A DNA stretch of 64,000 nucleotides from Octopus vulgaris (Eukaryota). This document shows, piece by piece, positions 14,681-32,418 of this stretch. Positions within the stretch are counted from its first letter, which is position 1. Each line of letters opens with the position of its first letter. Below the pieces are notes generated by a model that was not told the DNA's origin, ran no database searches, and worked only from the letters and a program-made list of their open reading frames with translations. The stretch covers positions 3,472,001 through 3,536,000 of the forward strand of contig OX597840.1 in NCBI GenBank assembly GCA_951406725.2. Direction: 5' to 3'. A program made the position numbers and the translations under genes.

Positions 14681-14830
14681 CGATGACTACGATGATGATG
14701 ATGATGATGACGACCACGACCGCGACGATGATGATGATGATGACGATGACAATGACAATGACGATGATGATTGATGATGAGGATGATGAGGATGATGAGG
14801 ATGATGATGATGATGAAGAAGAAGAAGAAT
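14160..14830. repeat. (GAT/GAC)n tract with ~60-70 bp higher-order periodicity
   Basis: GAC(C/T)ACGACC(A/G)CGAC-type landmark recurs about seven times between 14338 and 14725. Confidence 0.85.
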
Positions 14831-15293
14831 CTGGAGGAGGAGGAATTAAAATTTAAAAAAGACTGCAACCAAATGTCCCCACATCCCTCAATTCGGCAGA
14901 AAAGACAGAAGCCATTACCATCGACATCATCACCATTGGCAGCAGCAGCAACAACAACAACAGCATATGTTTTTTTATCATTGTTATTACTATTATAAAT
15001 TATCATCATCATCATCACCATCACCACCACCATCATCAACATCATCATCACCCTCATCATCATCATCATCATTACTATTACTATCATTATTATGAGATCA
15101 ATAAACGAAATAGTAATTCTATTCTTTTGGCCTTTTTTTTATCATTTTTTTTTTTTTCAAGAAAAACTTTTGTTAAGATGTTATCGTAACTAAAATATGA
15201 AGTTAGCGAAAAAATAACCAGAGCAGACATTCGGAAATCAGACAAAGAATACCAATAATTATCATCATTATCATCATCATCATCAACATCATA

Positions 15294-15358
<65 letters not shown>

Positions 15359-15556
15359 CATCGTCGTCGTAAAAATAATAATAGCAATGATGATTATGAG
15401 GAGGACGAAGGGGAGACGGGAGAAGGAGAAGAAGGAGTAGAAGGAGGAGGACAAAAATAATATTGATGGCACTAATAACATTATTAACAACAGCAATAAT
15501 AATAATAATAATAATAATAACAATAATAATAATAATAATAATAAATAATAATAGTA

Positions 15557-15596
<40 letters not shown>

Positions 15597-15601
15597 TGAT
15601 G

Positions 15602-15672
<71 letters not shown>

Positions 15673-15697
15673 TTCGAGAGGCTGTGGATGTTAAGGA

Positions 15698-15769
<72 letters not shown>

Positions 15770-16667
15770 TATCATCATCATCATTCATCATCATTATTAT
15801 TTTTATTTTATCATCGTCATCAACATCATTATCAAAGTCATCATCACTATGGCATTCATCAACATCATCTTCAGAAACATGTGTATCACAACACCATCAC
15901 TGTCACCATCATCATCTTTATCGTCCATCTTCTTGTAGTCATCGTCGTCATCATCAACATCTTTGTATTCATATTAACTCTGATCATAAACATTATCATC
16001 GTCACCATAAAACAATGGCGATGATAAAAACAGTAATCACGAATAAATATTTGAAAAAAAATGCTTAATTTTTTTTGTTCAAATGGAATTTCAAAACCAA
16101 AAAATACGAAAAGGAACAAAACAAATAAAACCAAACGAAAGGAACTGAATTTCGTTTGGATTTTTTCTACAATTCCGCCATTTTTTATCCAGTTATTTCT
16201 TTTTCATTTTCTCTCGGACGAGTGCAAAAATTATAAAGTGAACATATTTGAAGAGCGAGAAATCAAACATATATGACAGATTTGTCAAAGATAATCGTGA
16301 GAAATTTAGTTTGATGGCAATTAGCCTCGCTAGTTTGAAGTTGTTACGTGTAATAGCGTTAAACGTAACAGCAGCCATTTTCTATTCGTGTATAATTATT
16401 TTTGCGTTATTCTTTTCAATGCTAGGATTCATTTTCTAATTTTTTCTTCTTCACTCATCCGTAGCAGAACGCATGAGTTTCTTCTCTACAATCTTAGAAA
16501 CTGGTAAATCTAAAACGATTGGCATTAGAATTGTAGCAATAATTAAATCATTTTTAGATCAGCGTGTCTGTAGATTGAGAGACAATTATAAGACGGAACG
16601 TGCAGTTTTTTCATTACAATTTCTGTAATTTAATATTGCCTATATATACATACATACATATACATAC

Positions 16668-16706
<39 letters not shown>

Positions 16707-16711
16707 TATAT

Positions 16712-16773
<62 letters not shown>

Positions 16774-16821
16774 TTGAACGTGCAATTTAATCTTTGTGAT
16801 AAATATATGTATGTATGTATG

Positions 16822-16855
<34 letters not shown>

Positions 16856-16861
16856 TGTATG

Positions 16862-16892
<31 letters not shown>

Positions 16893-17112
16893 ATGTGCGT
16901 GTCTGTGTGTGTGGTGGTATATAAACAACAGACAGAATTCAAATCACGAAAAGAAAATCTGAAAGGAGGAAGAAGTACTCAATGCCAAGAGGAATATGCT
17001 CTTAATTCAGTAACGTAGGCGATTGACCGAAAAGCCTACTACGTCTTCATCGTTCAATTTTTCGGATACATATACATAGACATACACACACACACACATA
17101 TATATATATATA

Positions 17113-17635
17113 TGGTGGTTGTCTACTCCTTATGCAGAGATTGACCACCTCCTGTACCTACGCCTTAGCGCCATCATGGCATCTGATATAGCTTTTTAAA
17201 CCAGACAATGTTCTGAAAAGACCCCCCTAAATAGATTGCACATCCGATTTGGACCAAGAGCTGAAGATAAGATCTGTTCTTTGTGGATCTTAAAATGTCT
17301 TCTGAGGCCTCCATTGGATTTGCAAACCTGGCATACACTGCATTCAAAGGTGTGCACAGACGTATAGACAGAATAGTTGGTGGAGATTCGTTTTCCATGC
17401 TTTCGCAGAGATGAGATTTGAGGCCAGCAAAGGACAGGCATGGTCTGTCACAGACTGTGCACACAAAAGGCTCAGTGTCAATCACCTTTATGGTCGTTAC
17501 ATTCTTGCTTAGATCGCTTTTGAGTCTAACTTGCGCTATCCTGTCCTCTTCAAATGCTTTTACCACATGTTTGTTCGCCATCCAACTCGATCCGAAGCAA
17601 GGGATTCTATATCTACTAACAAGGATTTCTATATC
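17113..17635 (-). mobile_element. RTE-like LINE 3' end, frameshifted, with three C-terminal C2H2 fingers
   Basis: Across frameshifts: DIESLASDRVGWR, KAFEEDRIAQVRLK, FVCTVCDRPCLSFAGLKSHLRKH, FECSVCQVCKSNGGLRRHFKIH, MCNLF..FRTLSGLKSYIRCH, stop ~17158, ~45-nt UTR, then (TA)n. Confidence 0.75.
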
Positions 17636-17685
17636 CATAAATACATACATATATACATACATACATACATACATACATACATACA

Positions 17686-17719
<34 letters not shown>

Positions 17720-17867
17720 CATATATACATACATTAACATGAGGTTAATAACATCCTAAGACTTGGAAGGTATCTCCTTGAGCAACATTCATTGTCTGAT
17801 AACATATATATATATATATAAACATACATACATACATACATACATACATACATACATACATACATAC

Positions 17868-17898
<31 letters not shown>

Positions 17899-18064
17899 CA
17901 TACATACATACATACATACATACATACATACATACATACATACATACACACAAAAATATCCTGTTGTTAATGTTGAAATTCCAATGACGGAGCGTTCGAT
18001 CTGTGTTAGAAAGCTGCTCTTTCCCTATTGGCGAGATATCTTGAAATAGAGCTGAATAATGACA

Positions 18065-18095
<31 letters not shown>

Positions 18096-18193
18096 CATAC
18101 ATACATACATACATACATACATACATACACACATACATACATATATACATGGGAGAGTAGACAGACTGAGTGATCAACAGATAGACAACGGAC

Positions 18194-18251
<58 letters not shown>

Positions 18252-18255
18252 GTAC

Positions 18256-18404
<149 letters not shown>

Positions 18405-20060
18405 AAAATGGACGGATGGACAGAGAGAGAGAGAGAATGATACAAAGGAGGGATAGTTATACGTTTTAGACGATTATTAAGATTTCTTTTCATTATAAAG
18501 TACTGATTATATTTTTCGAAAATAATACCACTGAAGAGAATTTAAAATGCATGTGCAGTCGTAGGAACCAATACATGCGTATATACAAGTGTGTTCGCGA
18601 GCGTGTGTACCTGCAAGTGGCGTGTGTGTATGTATTTCTTTAAGTGGTGTGTGTTGTATATGTATGTATATGTATGTATCTATGTGTATGCATATATACC
18701 CATACCTATATTCTTATAGACACACATATATATGTGTGTGTGTGTGTATATATACAAATATATATATTTATATACACATATATGTGCATATATAAATTTA
18801 TATATATATATATATAAATGTATATATATACATATATATGTGTAGATATGTCTATGGATATATGTAAATACATATATATATATATACACATATATATATA
18901 CATATATATATGTATGTGTGTCTGTGTATATATATTTATATATGTACGTGTGTCTGCATATACATATATATATATATGTATATACATATATATATACATG
19001 TATTTATGCATATATATATATGTACTTGTGTCTGTATATGGGGGTGTATGACGACAGAGCGACGGGTTATGTGAGAGCGAAAGGAGGGGAAGTGGAGTTG
19101 TTAGAGAGTAAGGAAGAGGTGGCACCACTGCAGCTGGTGATTTTCGTCGCTCTTATCTCCTCCTTTATAGCAAATTTTTTTATCGCCGCCATCACCATCA
19201 TCATCCTTATCATCCCTATTGATGTCACTGGAACAATCGTCACTAGCCGCCACTACCATCACCACCTCCACCGCCTCCACCCTCACAACAATATCAACAA
19301 CAACAAGATTTTATCAATTGCGGCGATATAGGCTATGAACAATAAAAACAATGGGAAAGAGGAATAGTTTGAGAGCAATATGTAAAACTGCAACTAACAT
19401 ATGCACAACTGCACCAGCAACAACAACAACAAAAATAGTGAGAACAGCTGCGTCTGCGGCAGCAAATGCCGTTGAAAGAACAGCGCCGATAATAATTTCG
19501 GCGACATCAGCAACATCAGTATCGGTAACAAGAACTGAAATATCGGTAACTTCAACACCAACAACAAGAAGAATAATGACCACAAAAAAATGCTTAAAGA
19601 ACAGCAGTAGCAACAGCAGCAATGAAATTGTGTTTGAACAACAACAGCAGTAATAAGAACAACAGTAACACAAGCAAGAAGTACAACAAAGAAATGGCAA
19701 TGATGATAATGAAACATATGGTACGAGAAACAGCAATAACAAGAATAATATTTGTAACAACGAGAACAGTAGCTGTACCAGGTGCAGTACTAATATTGCA
19801 AATATTTCTTTACTTATTTTTATTTTTGAAAAACAACACAAACAATAAACATATCAATAAGAGAAAAAAACATTAAGATCAATCCTAGCCAAAAAATATA
19901 TAAATTATAATAACAACAATAATAAGAAGAACAACACGATCATTATTAATTAAAAAATCAAAAACAGGAACTAAATTATTGTAAATTCTTTTTTAAAAAA
20001 TAATAATAAAAAAACAGCGACGAGAATTAAAACTAAAACAGCAGCAACAACAACAACAAC

Positions 20061-20146
<86 letters not shown>

Positions 20147-20173
20147 GCAACAACAACAACAACAATAATAATA

Positions 20174-20214
<41 letters not shown>

Positions 20215-21001
20215 TAATAATAATAATAATAATAGTAATAATAATAATAACAGCAACAATAACAACAACAGCCACGGCAGTTCAATATTTGAAAAGAAAA
20301 TATTAAAAAAAAAGTTTTGAAAAAATGGGAAAAAAAAATCGATATCAGACGAAGAATCTACGATTGATTGTGGTTTTAAAAAAAAAAATGGCGACTATTG
20401 AACGGCGGACATTGATCGACGCAGATAATACGGTGGCTGTTGCTTTCTGTTCTGTCGCAATATGTGTGTATGTGTGGCTGAGCGTGTGGTGGTTTATTGG
20501 GTAATAGCTGCGCCGGCGGTGGTGGTGGTGGTGGTGGTGGTGGTAGTAGTAGTAGTCGTAGTAGTAGTAGTCGTTGTCGTGGTCGTGGCAATAGTGGGCG
20601 GAAAGCTATCTTTTTCTCTGTCTCTTACTCTTTATTTCAGAAAATCTTTTTTTGTAACTTTCTCTCCGCCGCCGCCGACGCCGCCACCGCTGACGCCGCC
20701 ACCGCCGCCGTCGCCGTCTTAGTCTTTCTCTATTCCTCCTTCTCTACTTGCTCCTCTACTTCCACCCTTCTTTAATCACTCTACTTCTCCTTTCTCCTCT
20801 CCCCACTACCCCATATCTCTCTCTCTCTCTCCTTCCCCATGTCATATTCTATCCATCCCTATATATCTCATACTCTCTCTCTCTCTCTCTCTCTCCCCCT
20901 TCACATATATCTAACTCTATCCCTCTCTAAGTGTCTCATACTCTCACTAACCCTCCCCATCTCTTACTATGTCGCTTTCTTTTTCTTTCTCTTTCTGACT
21001 G

Positions 21002-21037
<36 letters not shown>

Positions 21038-21134
21038 CCTCATTTTCTATCCTTTTCTCCCTCAGTTTTCTTTCATCTTTCTCGATGTCCCTGATACATT
21101 TGTTATTTTGGTTTTACTGTTTAGCTGCAAGTCA

Positions 21135-21435
21135 GGCTATTCGGCTCACGATCGCAAGGTCGCGTGTTCGATTCCCGGCGGCGAATTATGTCCTTGAGCA
21201 AGACACTTTATTTCACGATGCTTCAATCCACTCAGCTGGCAAAAAATGAGAAGTACCTGTATTTTAAAGCTGGAGCTTTATCACATTCTTCGTCACACTG
21301 AATCTCCCTGACAACTACATTAATAGGTACTCGTGTCTGTGGTGTACTCTGCCACTTGCACGTTAATTTCACGAGCAAGCTGTTTTATTGATCGGATCAG
21401 CTGGAACCCTCGTCGTCGTAACCGGCGGAGTCCCA
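21135..21435 (+). mobile_element. tRNA-derived SINE (OK-like) sharing its 3' half with the 22740 element
   Basis: B-box GTTCGATTCCC, TGTCCTTGAGCAAGACACTT core, tail GCCACTTGCACGTTAATTTCACGAGCA...CGTCGTAACCG. Confidence 0.8.
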
Positions 21436-21654
21436 GTTAAAGGACCAGATCTGTAATCATATACATTCCAGCTGTGGCCCTTCTCTATTTTCCCTAATAT
21501 ACAGAAAAACTACAGAGAACATTGCACCACATTTTCTATAACGAAAGACTAATTTCAGGAAGAGTTGACTGCTGTTTCTAGCACATAAACTCATAAGAGA
21601 CTTCCCGACGCATTCACTAATAATCAGCTTTTCACTATTTCTATTCCTGATATA

Positions 21655-22253
21655 AGGTGGGGAGCTGGCAGAAACGTTAGCACGCCGGGCGAAATGCTTA
21701 GCGGTATTTCGTCTGCGTTACGTTGTGAGTTCAAATTCCGCCGAGGTCGACTTTGCCTTTCATCCTTTCGGGGTCGATAAATTAAGTACCAGTTACGCAC
21801 TGGGGTCGATGTAATCGACTTAATACCTATGTCTGTCCTTGTTTGTCCCCTCTATGTGTAGCCCCTTGTGGGTAATAAAGAAATAGGTATTTCGTCTGCC
21901 GCTACGTTCTGAGTTCAAATTCCGCCGAGGTCGGCTTTGCCTTTCATCCTTTCGGGGTCGATTAAATAAGTACCAGTTACGCACTGGTGTCGATATAATC
22001 GACTTAATCCGTCTGTCTGTCCCTGTTTGTCCTCTCTGTGTTTAGCCCCTTGAGGGTAGTAAAGAAATAGGTATTTCGTCTGTCTTTGTGTTCTGAGTTC
22101 AAATTCCACTGAGGTCGACTTTGCCGTTCATCCTTTCGGGGTTGATTACATAAGTACCAGTTACGCAATGGGGTCGATATAATCGACTTAATCCTTTTGT
22201 CTGTCCTTGTTTGTTCCCTCTATGTTTAGCCCCTTGTGGGCAGTAAAGAAATA
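21655..22253 (+). mobile_element. SINE family A: head plus three tandem units, 17-bp TSD
   Basis: Units start 21704, 21887, 22071; TATTTCTATTCCTGATA at 21636-21652 and 22254-22270. Confidence 0.93.
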
Positions 22254-22299
22254 TATTTCTATTCCTGATAATTCCATCGCTCTTGGATTTAGATAACAG

Positions 22300-22525
22300 G
22301 ATTAGCAGGATCGTTACATCATCGAAGGAAATGCTTTGCGACATTAATTTTGTATCGTTACTTTCTGAGTTCAAATCGGGCCGTAGCCAACCTCGCCTTT
22401 ATTCCTTTGTAAAATGAAATAAAATTCTTGGAGCCCAGTTAAAATACTTGGCTCAGTGTAATCGTCTATCCATGTCCCCCTCACCCCAATAACTGCTAGG
22501 TTTCTATCAAAACTTGAAACTGTTT
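22300..22525 (+). mobile_element. SINE family A, old degenerate copy
   Basis: GTTACTTTCTGAGTTCAAATC B-box region and GCCTTT(T)ATTCCTTT remnant. Confidence 0.55.
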
Positions 22526-22739
22526 ATATTATTGTATTTTTTAATACAAAGCTTGACATAACAAATAGATGACGTAAGAAATCTTACGGCCGTTTCCGTT
22601 ATGTCAACTACGTATTATGTCATGCCTTGTAGCAAAAAATAAGCTATCAATATGGTCCAACCGATGTGTTTGTTAATCTGAGGTTTTCTCCATTTTCTGA
22701 TTATCTATAATTGCTTCCTCATATACTCTTGTTTATAGT

Positions 22740-23118
22740 GGAGGCACAATGGCCCAGTGGTTAGGGCAGCGGACTCGCGGTCATAGGATCGCGGTTTCGA
22801 TTCCCAGACTGGGCGTTGTGAGTGTTTATTGAGCGAAAACACCTAAAAGCTCCACGACGCTCCGGCAGGGGATGGTGGTAATCCCTGCTATACTCTTTCA
22901 CCACAACTTTCTCTCACTCTTACTTCCTGTTTCTGTTGTACCTGTATTTCATTGTCACTCTCTGTGTCACGCTGATTATCCCCGAGAACTACGTTAAGGG
23001 TGCACGTGTCAGTGGAGTGCTCAGCCACTTACACGTTAATTTCACGAGCAGGCTGTTCCGTTGATTCGGATCAACCGGAACCCCCCATCGTCGTAACCGA
23101 CGGAGTGCTTCCACCACC
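22740..23118 (+). mobile_element. tRNA-Arg-like SINE (OR1-like), full length
   Basis: TGGCCCAGTGGTTAGGGCAGCGGACTCGCGGTC head with TCG anticodon-like triplet, B-box GTTTCGATTCCC; CTTGTTTAT repeated at 22728-22736 and 23119-23127. Confidence 0.88.
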
Positions 23119-23258
23119 CTTGTTTATCATGTTGCTACCTGCACTCCACGTGCAAAGTGTTCCTGCACAGCAATTCCCGGGGATAACACGGGTAACGGAT
23201 ACCGATACTACATATGGATACTTTATCCCTTAGTCACTTATATCCGCTAGATCTGTTT

Positions 23259-23323
<65 letters not shown>

Positions 23324-23423
23324 AACTGGAGAAAGCGTTAGATCAACAAATTAATTGAACCACATCTGTAGCTTATTATTTAATATAAAACATGAGATAA
23401 CATAACATTTATGTGACATAACA

Positions 23424-23542
23424 ATTCTTACGGCCGTTTCCGCTTCCGATGACAGTCAGCGCCTACGAAAGAATTGCAGAAATAATATTCTTCATCTTCA
23501 TAGGATATTCGAACTAGAACATTGAGCTTCATCAGAGTGAAT
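23424..23542 (-). ncRNA. Type I hammerhead-like motif with long helix II region
   Basis: Minus strand: ct-CTGATGA-agct..(~80 nt)..agcg-GAAA-CGGCCG-TA-ag; palindromic helix III; helix I only 2 bp. Confidence 0.5.
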
Positions 23543-23806
23543 ACAGAAGTGTTAAAAAAATAAACAAAAAGAAAAGAGAATAGGAAAGGAAACAAGGTCT
23601 GGAGAAGAAGCCTGGAGGCCTAATATATTAAAATCATACATTCTTCTTCCATCATAGGGCTTCGATGTCGGTAAACAAAAGAATGATCTAGCAATGGTCT
23701 AGGGAAAAATATATTTTCTGGTTATTTCCATTTTTAGGGGAACCAAGATGTTTTAAAACATCTAGTGATTGAAACAACTAAAAGGTGAAAGTATAAATGA
23801 TCAAAT

Positions 23807-23964
23807 AGGCGCAGGATTGGCTATTTGGTAAGTATCTTACTTACATGGTCCCGGGTTCAGTCCCATTGCGTAGCACCTTGGGCAAGTGACTTCTACTATA
23901 GCCACGGGGTGACCAAATCCTTGTGAGTAAATTTAGTAGACGGAAACTGAAAGACCCTCGTCGA

Positions 23965-24005
<41 letters not shown>

Positions 24006-24246
24006 CGTGTGTGTGTATGTGTGTGCGTGTGTATTTGTGTGTGTACGTTCGTCCCACCACCGAAGGTTGACAGCTAATCTTGTGTTTACATGCCCTTAAC
24101 TTAGCGGTCCGACGAACGACACCGGTGCAATAAATACTAGACTTACAAAGAATAAGTCCTGAAATTGATATGTTTCACTAAAGGTGGTGCTCCAGCATGG
24201 CCGCAGTCAAATGACTGAAACAAGTAAAAGAAGGCAAGAGTAAAAG
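23807..24246 (+). mobile_element. SINE family B, full length
   Basis: Colinear with 7011-7410. Confidence 0.88.
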
Positions 24247-24859
24247 CGATATCGTATTTAGTCAGCAGAAGCTCAAATTGACTGGAAAAAAAAGAGATTT
24301 TTCTAAGGCAAAAATTTGTATTTACGACTAGTTGAAAAGGTTAACGTTGTCGTTTGTAATACCAAAGACCAACAAAACTCTCATCCATGCGAATGGCCAT
24401 CGTCAGACGTCATGCTGGAGCGCAGCAGTTAGAATAAGAATGAGAACGAGGCGTGGATGACATTATATCAAGACATAAACGAAGAATCTGGAAACGTTGG
24501 TTGAATGTATAACTAGTTTGGACTATCTTAATTGCCTGTGTCTACTACTTCACTTTAACGGAGAAAAATCGTGAAAACAAGACAAAATGAAGAAAAAAAA
24601 ATAATGTTCTTTTAGTAAGAAGACGTTCTTGAAATGCCAAGAGACAAGAGTCTTAGATTCTGATGGAAAGAAGCAAAGTGTGACAGAATATGGAATGTTA
24701 AAAGAACGTTAAGAAATAGAATGAAAAAGAGCAACAACAACAACAACAACGACAACAACAGTACTAGGAAGACAGAATACAACGAGGATAGGACTAAAAA
24801 ATGCGAGACAGGAGAAGGAAAGAGCGAAGTTAAAAGCAAACAATAGGAGCGAATATGTG

Positions 24860-24921
24860 TATGTATGTATGTATATATGTATGTATATACGTATGTATGT
24901 AGGTGTATGTATGTATGTATG

Positions 24922-24955
<34 letters not shown>

Positions 24956-25333
24956 TATATGTATGTATGTATGTACGTATGTATATACATGGGTGTGTGT
25001 GTTCTTGTATTTCTGTCTGCTTGTATGTATGTATATATGTATGCATTTATGTATGTATGTATGTATGTATGCGTGTGTATGTATGTATGTATTTATGTAT
25101 GTATTTATGTATGTATGTATTCATGTATTTATGTATGTATGTATGCGTGTGTATGTATGTATGTATTTATGTATGTATTTATGTATGTATGTATTCATGT
25201 ATTTATGTATGTATGTATGCGTGTGTATGTATGTATGTATTTATGTATGTATGTATGCATTTATGTATGTATGTATGCATTTATGTATGTATGTATGCAT
25301 TTATGTATGTATGTATGTATTTATGTATGTATG

Positions 25334-25364
<31 letters not shown>

Positions 25365-25522
25365 GAATGCATGTATGTATGTATGTATGTATGTATGTAA
25401 GAATGCTTGTATGTATGTATGTATGTATTTATGTATGTATGTATGCATTTATGTATGTATGTATGCATTTATGTATGTATGTATGTATTTATGTATGTAT
25501 GTATGTATGTATGTATGTATGT
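24860..25522. repeat. (ATGT)n tract with 20-bp and longer higher-order units
   Basis: Recurrent ATGCATTTATGTATGTATGT and duplicated blocks. Confidence 0.92.
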
Positions 25523-26768
25523 ATTTTTCCATGCATATAAACGCGTGTCGATATATGTATGAGTGCACGAGCTTATGTATATGTATATATCAATGTGTGG
25601 GTGTGTCTGCATTTCTATGTGTGTAGTTACGTATATATATATATGAATGTGTGTGTGTGTGTGTCAATGTATACGTGTGTCACTGTATCTCACTTAACGT
25701 TCCTATATATATATATATATATATATATATACGTGAAATATGTATGTAGCTGTATGAGTTCCTCATACAAACACAAATACACACACACACATAGTCACAC
25801 AAACACACACACACACACACATATATATACACACACATATATGTATATACGCATATATATGTTTTATATATGTGTACGAATTTGTCTGTATCCCCCTGCA
25901 TTTGTATGCGCGTATTTCTGTATGTCTGTATCATTGTCCAATTATATATACGTATGTATAAATGAATTACAGTATGGCCTTGCGATTGTATATATGTATG
26001 TACGATATATATGTATATACGTCTGTCTGTGTGTACATAACTGTATATGTATAATACATACATATATTCACATGTGTTGGTTTATATATACTTACATATA
26101 TATTATAAACGTATGAATGCGTATATTTTTGTATGTACGTGTAGAACTGTGTATGTATATATGTATAAACACATATATATAACTTTATCTACGTATGTAA
26201 TTTGTATATGCACGTATGTGTATAAATGTGTGTGCATATGTATATATGAATGCATGAAATACCGTAAACAAGTATGCATAAATTAATGCACTTGTATGTA
26301 TGCATGTATGTATATGCCGGTATACGTAGGTATTTAGGAATGTATATACATTATGTTTCTATGTATGTATATATATATATATATAAAATGTATGTATATA
26401 TTCGCTTCCTTGTCAGTGTCAATTTGTATGTACATATACGTATGTAAAGATACGTGTGTATATATACACATGTATACATATGTGCGTGTATGTATACATG
26501 CGTATATATATGTACGTATGACTATACACATACTATGCATGTATGTATACATCAATGATTGGCTGCATGTCTATACGTATGTCTTTAGGCATGCATGGTT
26601 ATACATGCCGTATATAAACATATGCACACATATGCATGCACGCCGAGATGCCACTGATACATGTATTCCGCGCATGTAAGCCGTCGCCCGCCTCTTACTT
26701 TCTAGACATATATATATATATACATATATATATGTATATATATATGTGTATATATATATATCTATATA

Positions 26769-26817
<49 letters not shown>

Positions 26818-26898
26818 ATGTATACATACCTATATATATACGTGTGTGTGTGCGCGTATATCTGTGTTTTTATGCGTCTGTATACATGTGTATCTATC

Positions 26899-26951
<53 letters not shown>

Positions 26952-26958
26952 GTATACA

Positions 26959-27020
<62 letters not shown>

Positions 27021-27106
27021 TCTGTATGTATATATATATACACATGTATGTATGTAGGTATGTGTATATATATATATATATATACACACATACATACATA
27101 TGTATA

Positions 27107-27147
<41 letters not shown>

Positions 27148-27167
27148 GTCTATATAGTTACATATAT

Positions 27168-27240
<73 letters not shown>

Positions 27241-27529
27241 CATGCATGCATAGAAGTATGTATTATCTGCGCATGTGTTTTGGGAATACGAGTTCCTATG
27301 CTTCCGCTTCTCTGCTATGGTGTTTCTTCCAATAGATTTGTTTTTGTGTTAACGTCTTTCTCTATTATTATTTTATTTCTATCTTTGTCTTTTTATTCAT
27401 TTGTTTGTCTTACATTTGTTTCCTCCTTTACTTCGTTTTTTTTTTGTTTGTTCTTCGTTATTTGGGTGTTTGTTTTTGCTTTGTTATTGTTTTTGGTCGT
27501 TTCTTTTTCTCAATTTCTCTTATTGTTTT

Positions 27530-30680
<3,151 letters not shown>

Positions 30681-30853
30681 TCTCTGTGTTTAATGTATAT
30701 ATATATATATATATTTATTTTTTTCCTGGTCTTTTTCTTGATTGACACGTTGTAAACAGGATGGTATTTGTGCATCTTGTTTGTCAGTTCAATATAGATT
30801 AGTATTCTTTGTTCGTGCGTGTGTATGTTTGTGTGATGGATAGAGTAGGAGTA

Positions 30854-30886
<33 letters not shown>

Positions 30887-31555
30887 TAGAGAGGGAGAGG
30901 ATGGAGTGGATGAGATATGGTAAGAATTGAGTGAAAGATAAGGTATGGAAGCACATCGGTAGAGGCTACGACGAGGTAGCACGAGGAATAGGAGGAGGCA
31001 CAGAGGCAGCAATGGGAATTGAAGAAAAAAAAGAGAAAAAATAGCTTAGTACGATTGGTATAAGTCAACGTGTATGTATGAGTATATCTCTATGATGTAT
31101 ATGTGTATGTATGTCTGTATGTCTATGTGTGAGTGTTGGGATGTGTTTGATCGAGTGAGAGGATGAGAAAGGCAAAGAGAGTGTGGAGAGGGAGAGAAAG
31201 AGAAAAGAGGCGAGATATAGAGGCAGAAGGAGAGGAGTGGAGTTGCGTAAGTAAAATGCCAAGGATGTGGTTGGTCTGTCGAGGAGTGTGGAGGTGGGTG
31301 GAGCAGGAAGAGATAGACAAGGAGATGGCGGCGGCGGGAATTCAATGAAAGCTTTCAAAAGATTGTTGTACACATATGTATCTGTATATATGTGTCTGTA
31401 TATGTATCTGTATATATGTGTATGTATATGTATATATGTGTGTGTATATGTATATATATATATATATATTTGCATGTACATATATATGTATAAGCATTTA
31501 TGTGCATACACATTCAGAGAAATAATGAGACAGTCACAGAGAGAGAAATTCGTCG

Positions 31556-31616
<61 letters not shown>

Positions 31617-32279
31617 ATATACATACATATTATTTTCTTTATATTATACTATTAAACTCTCCATTTTCTTTATAATACATACATATATATATATGACATA
31701 TATATATATATATTATAAATGCATAAATATATATATGTATATATATATATGTATGTATATGGACACACACACACATGTGTATACATCCACATACAGAAGT
31801 ACATAGGTACATATATACGGATATATACGGGCATAAATACCATATATACATGCACACATGCATACATGCATACAAACATAGTACATACATGCATACACAT
31901 ATACAAAAATATATTCGTTCATACGTACATACATACATACATACATACATGCACATATACATACGCACATACATAAGGGGAATCGAATATAACGAACACA
32001 TCGGAAGATCTGACGTGGAAGCTGGACAGACTTAAAAAGAAAAGTAACCAAAGATGAGTAAAGAAGCGATGTAGAAGAAAGTGAAAGTAAAGAAGGGGGG
32101 ATCTAGAGAGAATATGGAAGGACAGACTAATCGATTGGAAGCCATTTTGAAGTGAGATAGGATTGGCTAGTCTAGTCTGGCTTTTAACTCTGCTAGGATT
32201 CAGTAAGGCTCGGCTAAGATTAAACGATGTTAGAAAGCAGACGGTAAAAGTTAATGAAAGATATAAATGTATGTGTTTA

Positions 32280-32418
<139 letters not shown>

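Noticed and set aside
17196-17441. Host C2H2-ZNF gene exon
   Set aside because: No TGEKP linkers, frameshifts, and RTE-like upstream motifs with a retroposon-style end.
17980-18020. Hammerhead-like CCAATGA...GAAA
   Set aside because: Two core mismatches and no convincing helices.
19351-19653. Mucin-like Thr/Ser/Ala ORF
   Set aside because: Decayed (CAA/CAG)n low-complexity sequence; opposite strand also open; no splice support.
21655-22253. CRISPR-like arrays (also 5445-6042, 50275-50714)
   Set aside because: Whole 183-bp units repeat with no unique spacers; eukaryotic SINE with TSD; no cas genes.
22740-22815. tRNA-Arg(TCG) gene
   Set aside because: SINE head: acceptor stem does not pair and it continues into a SINE body.
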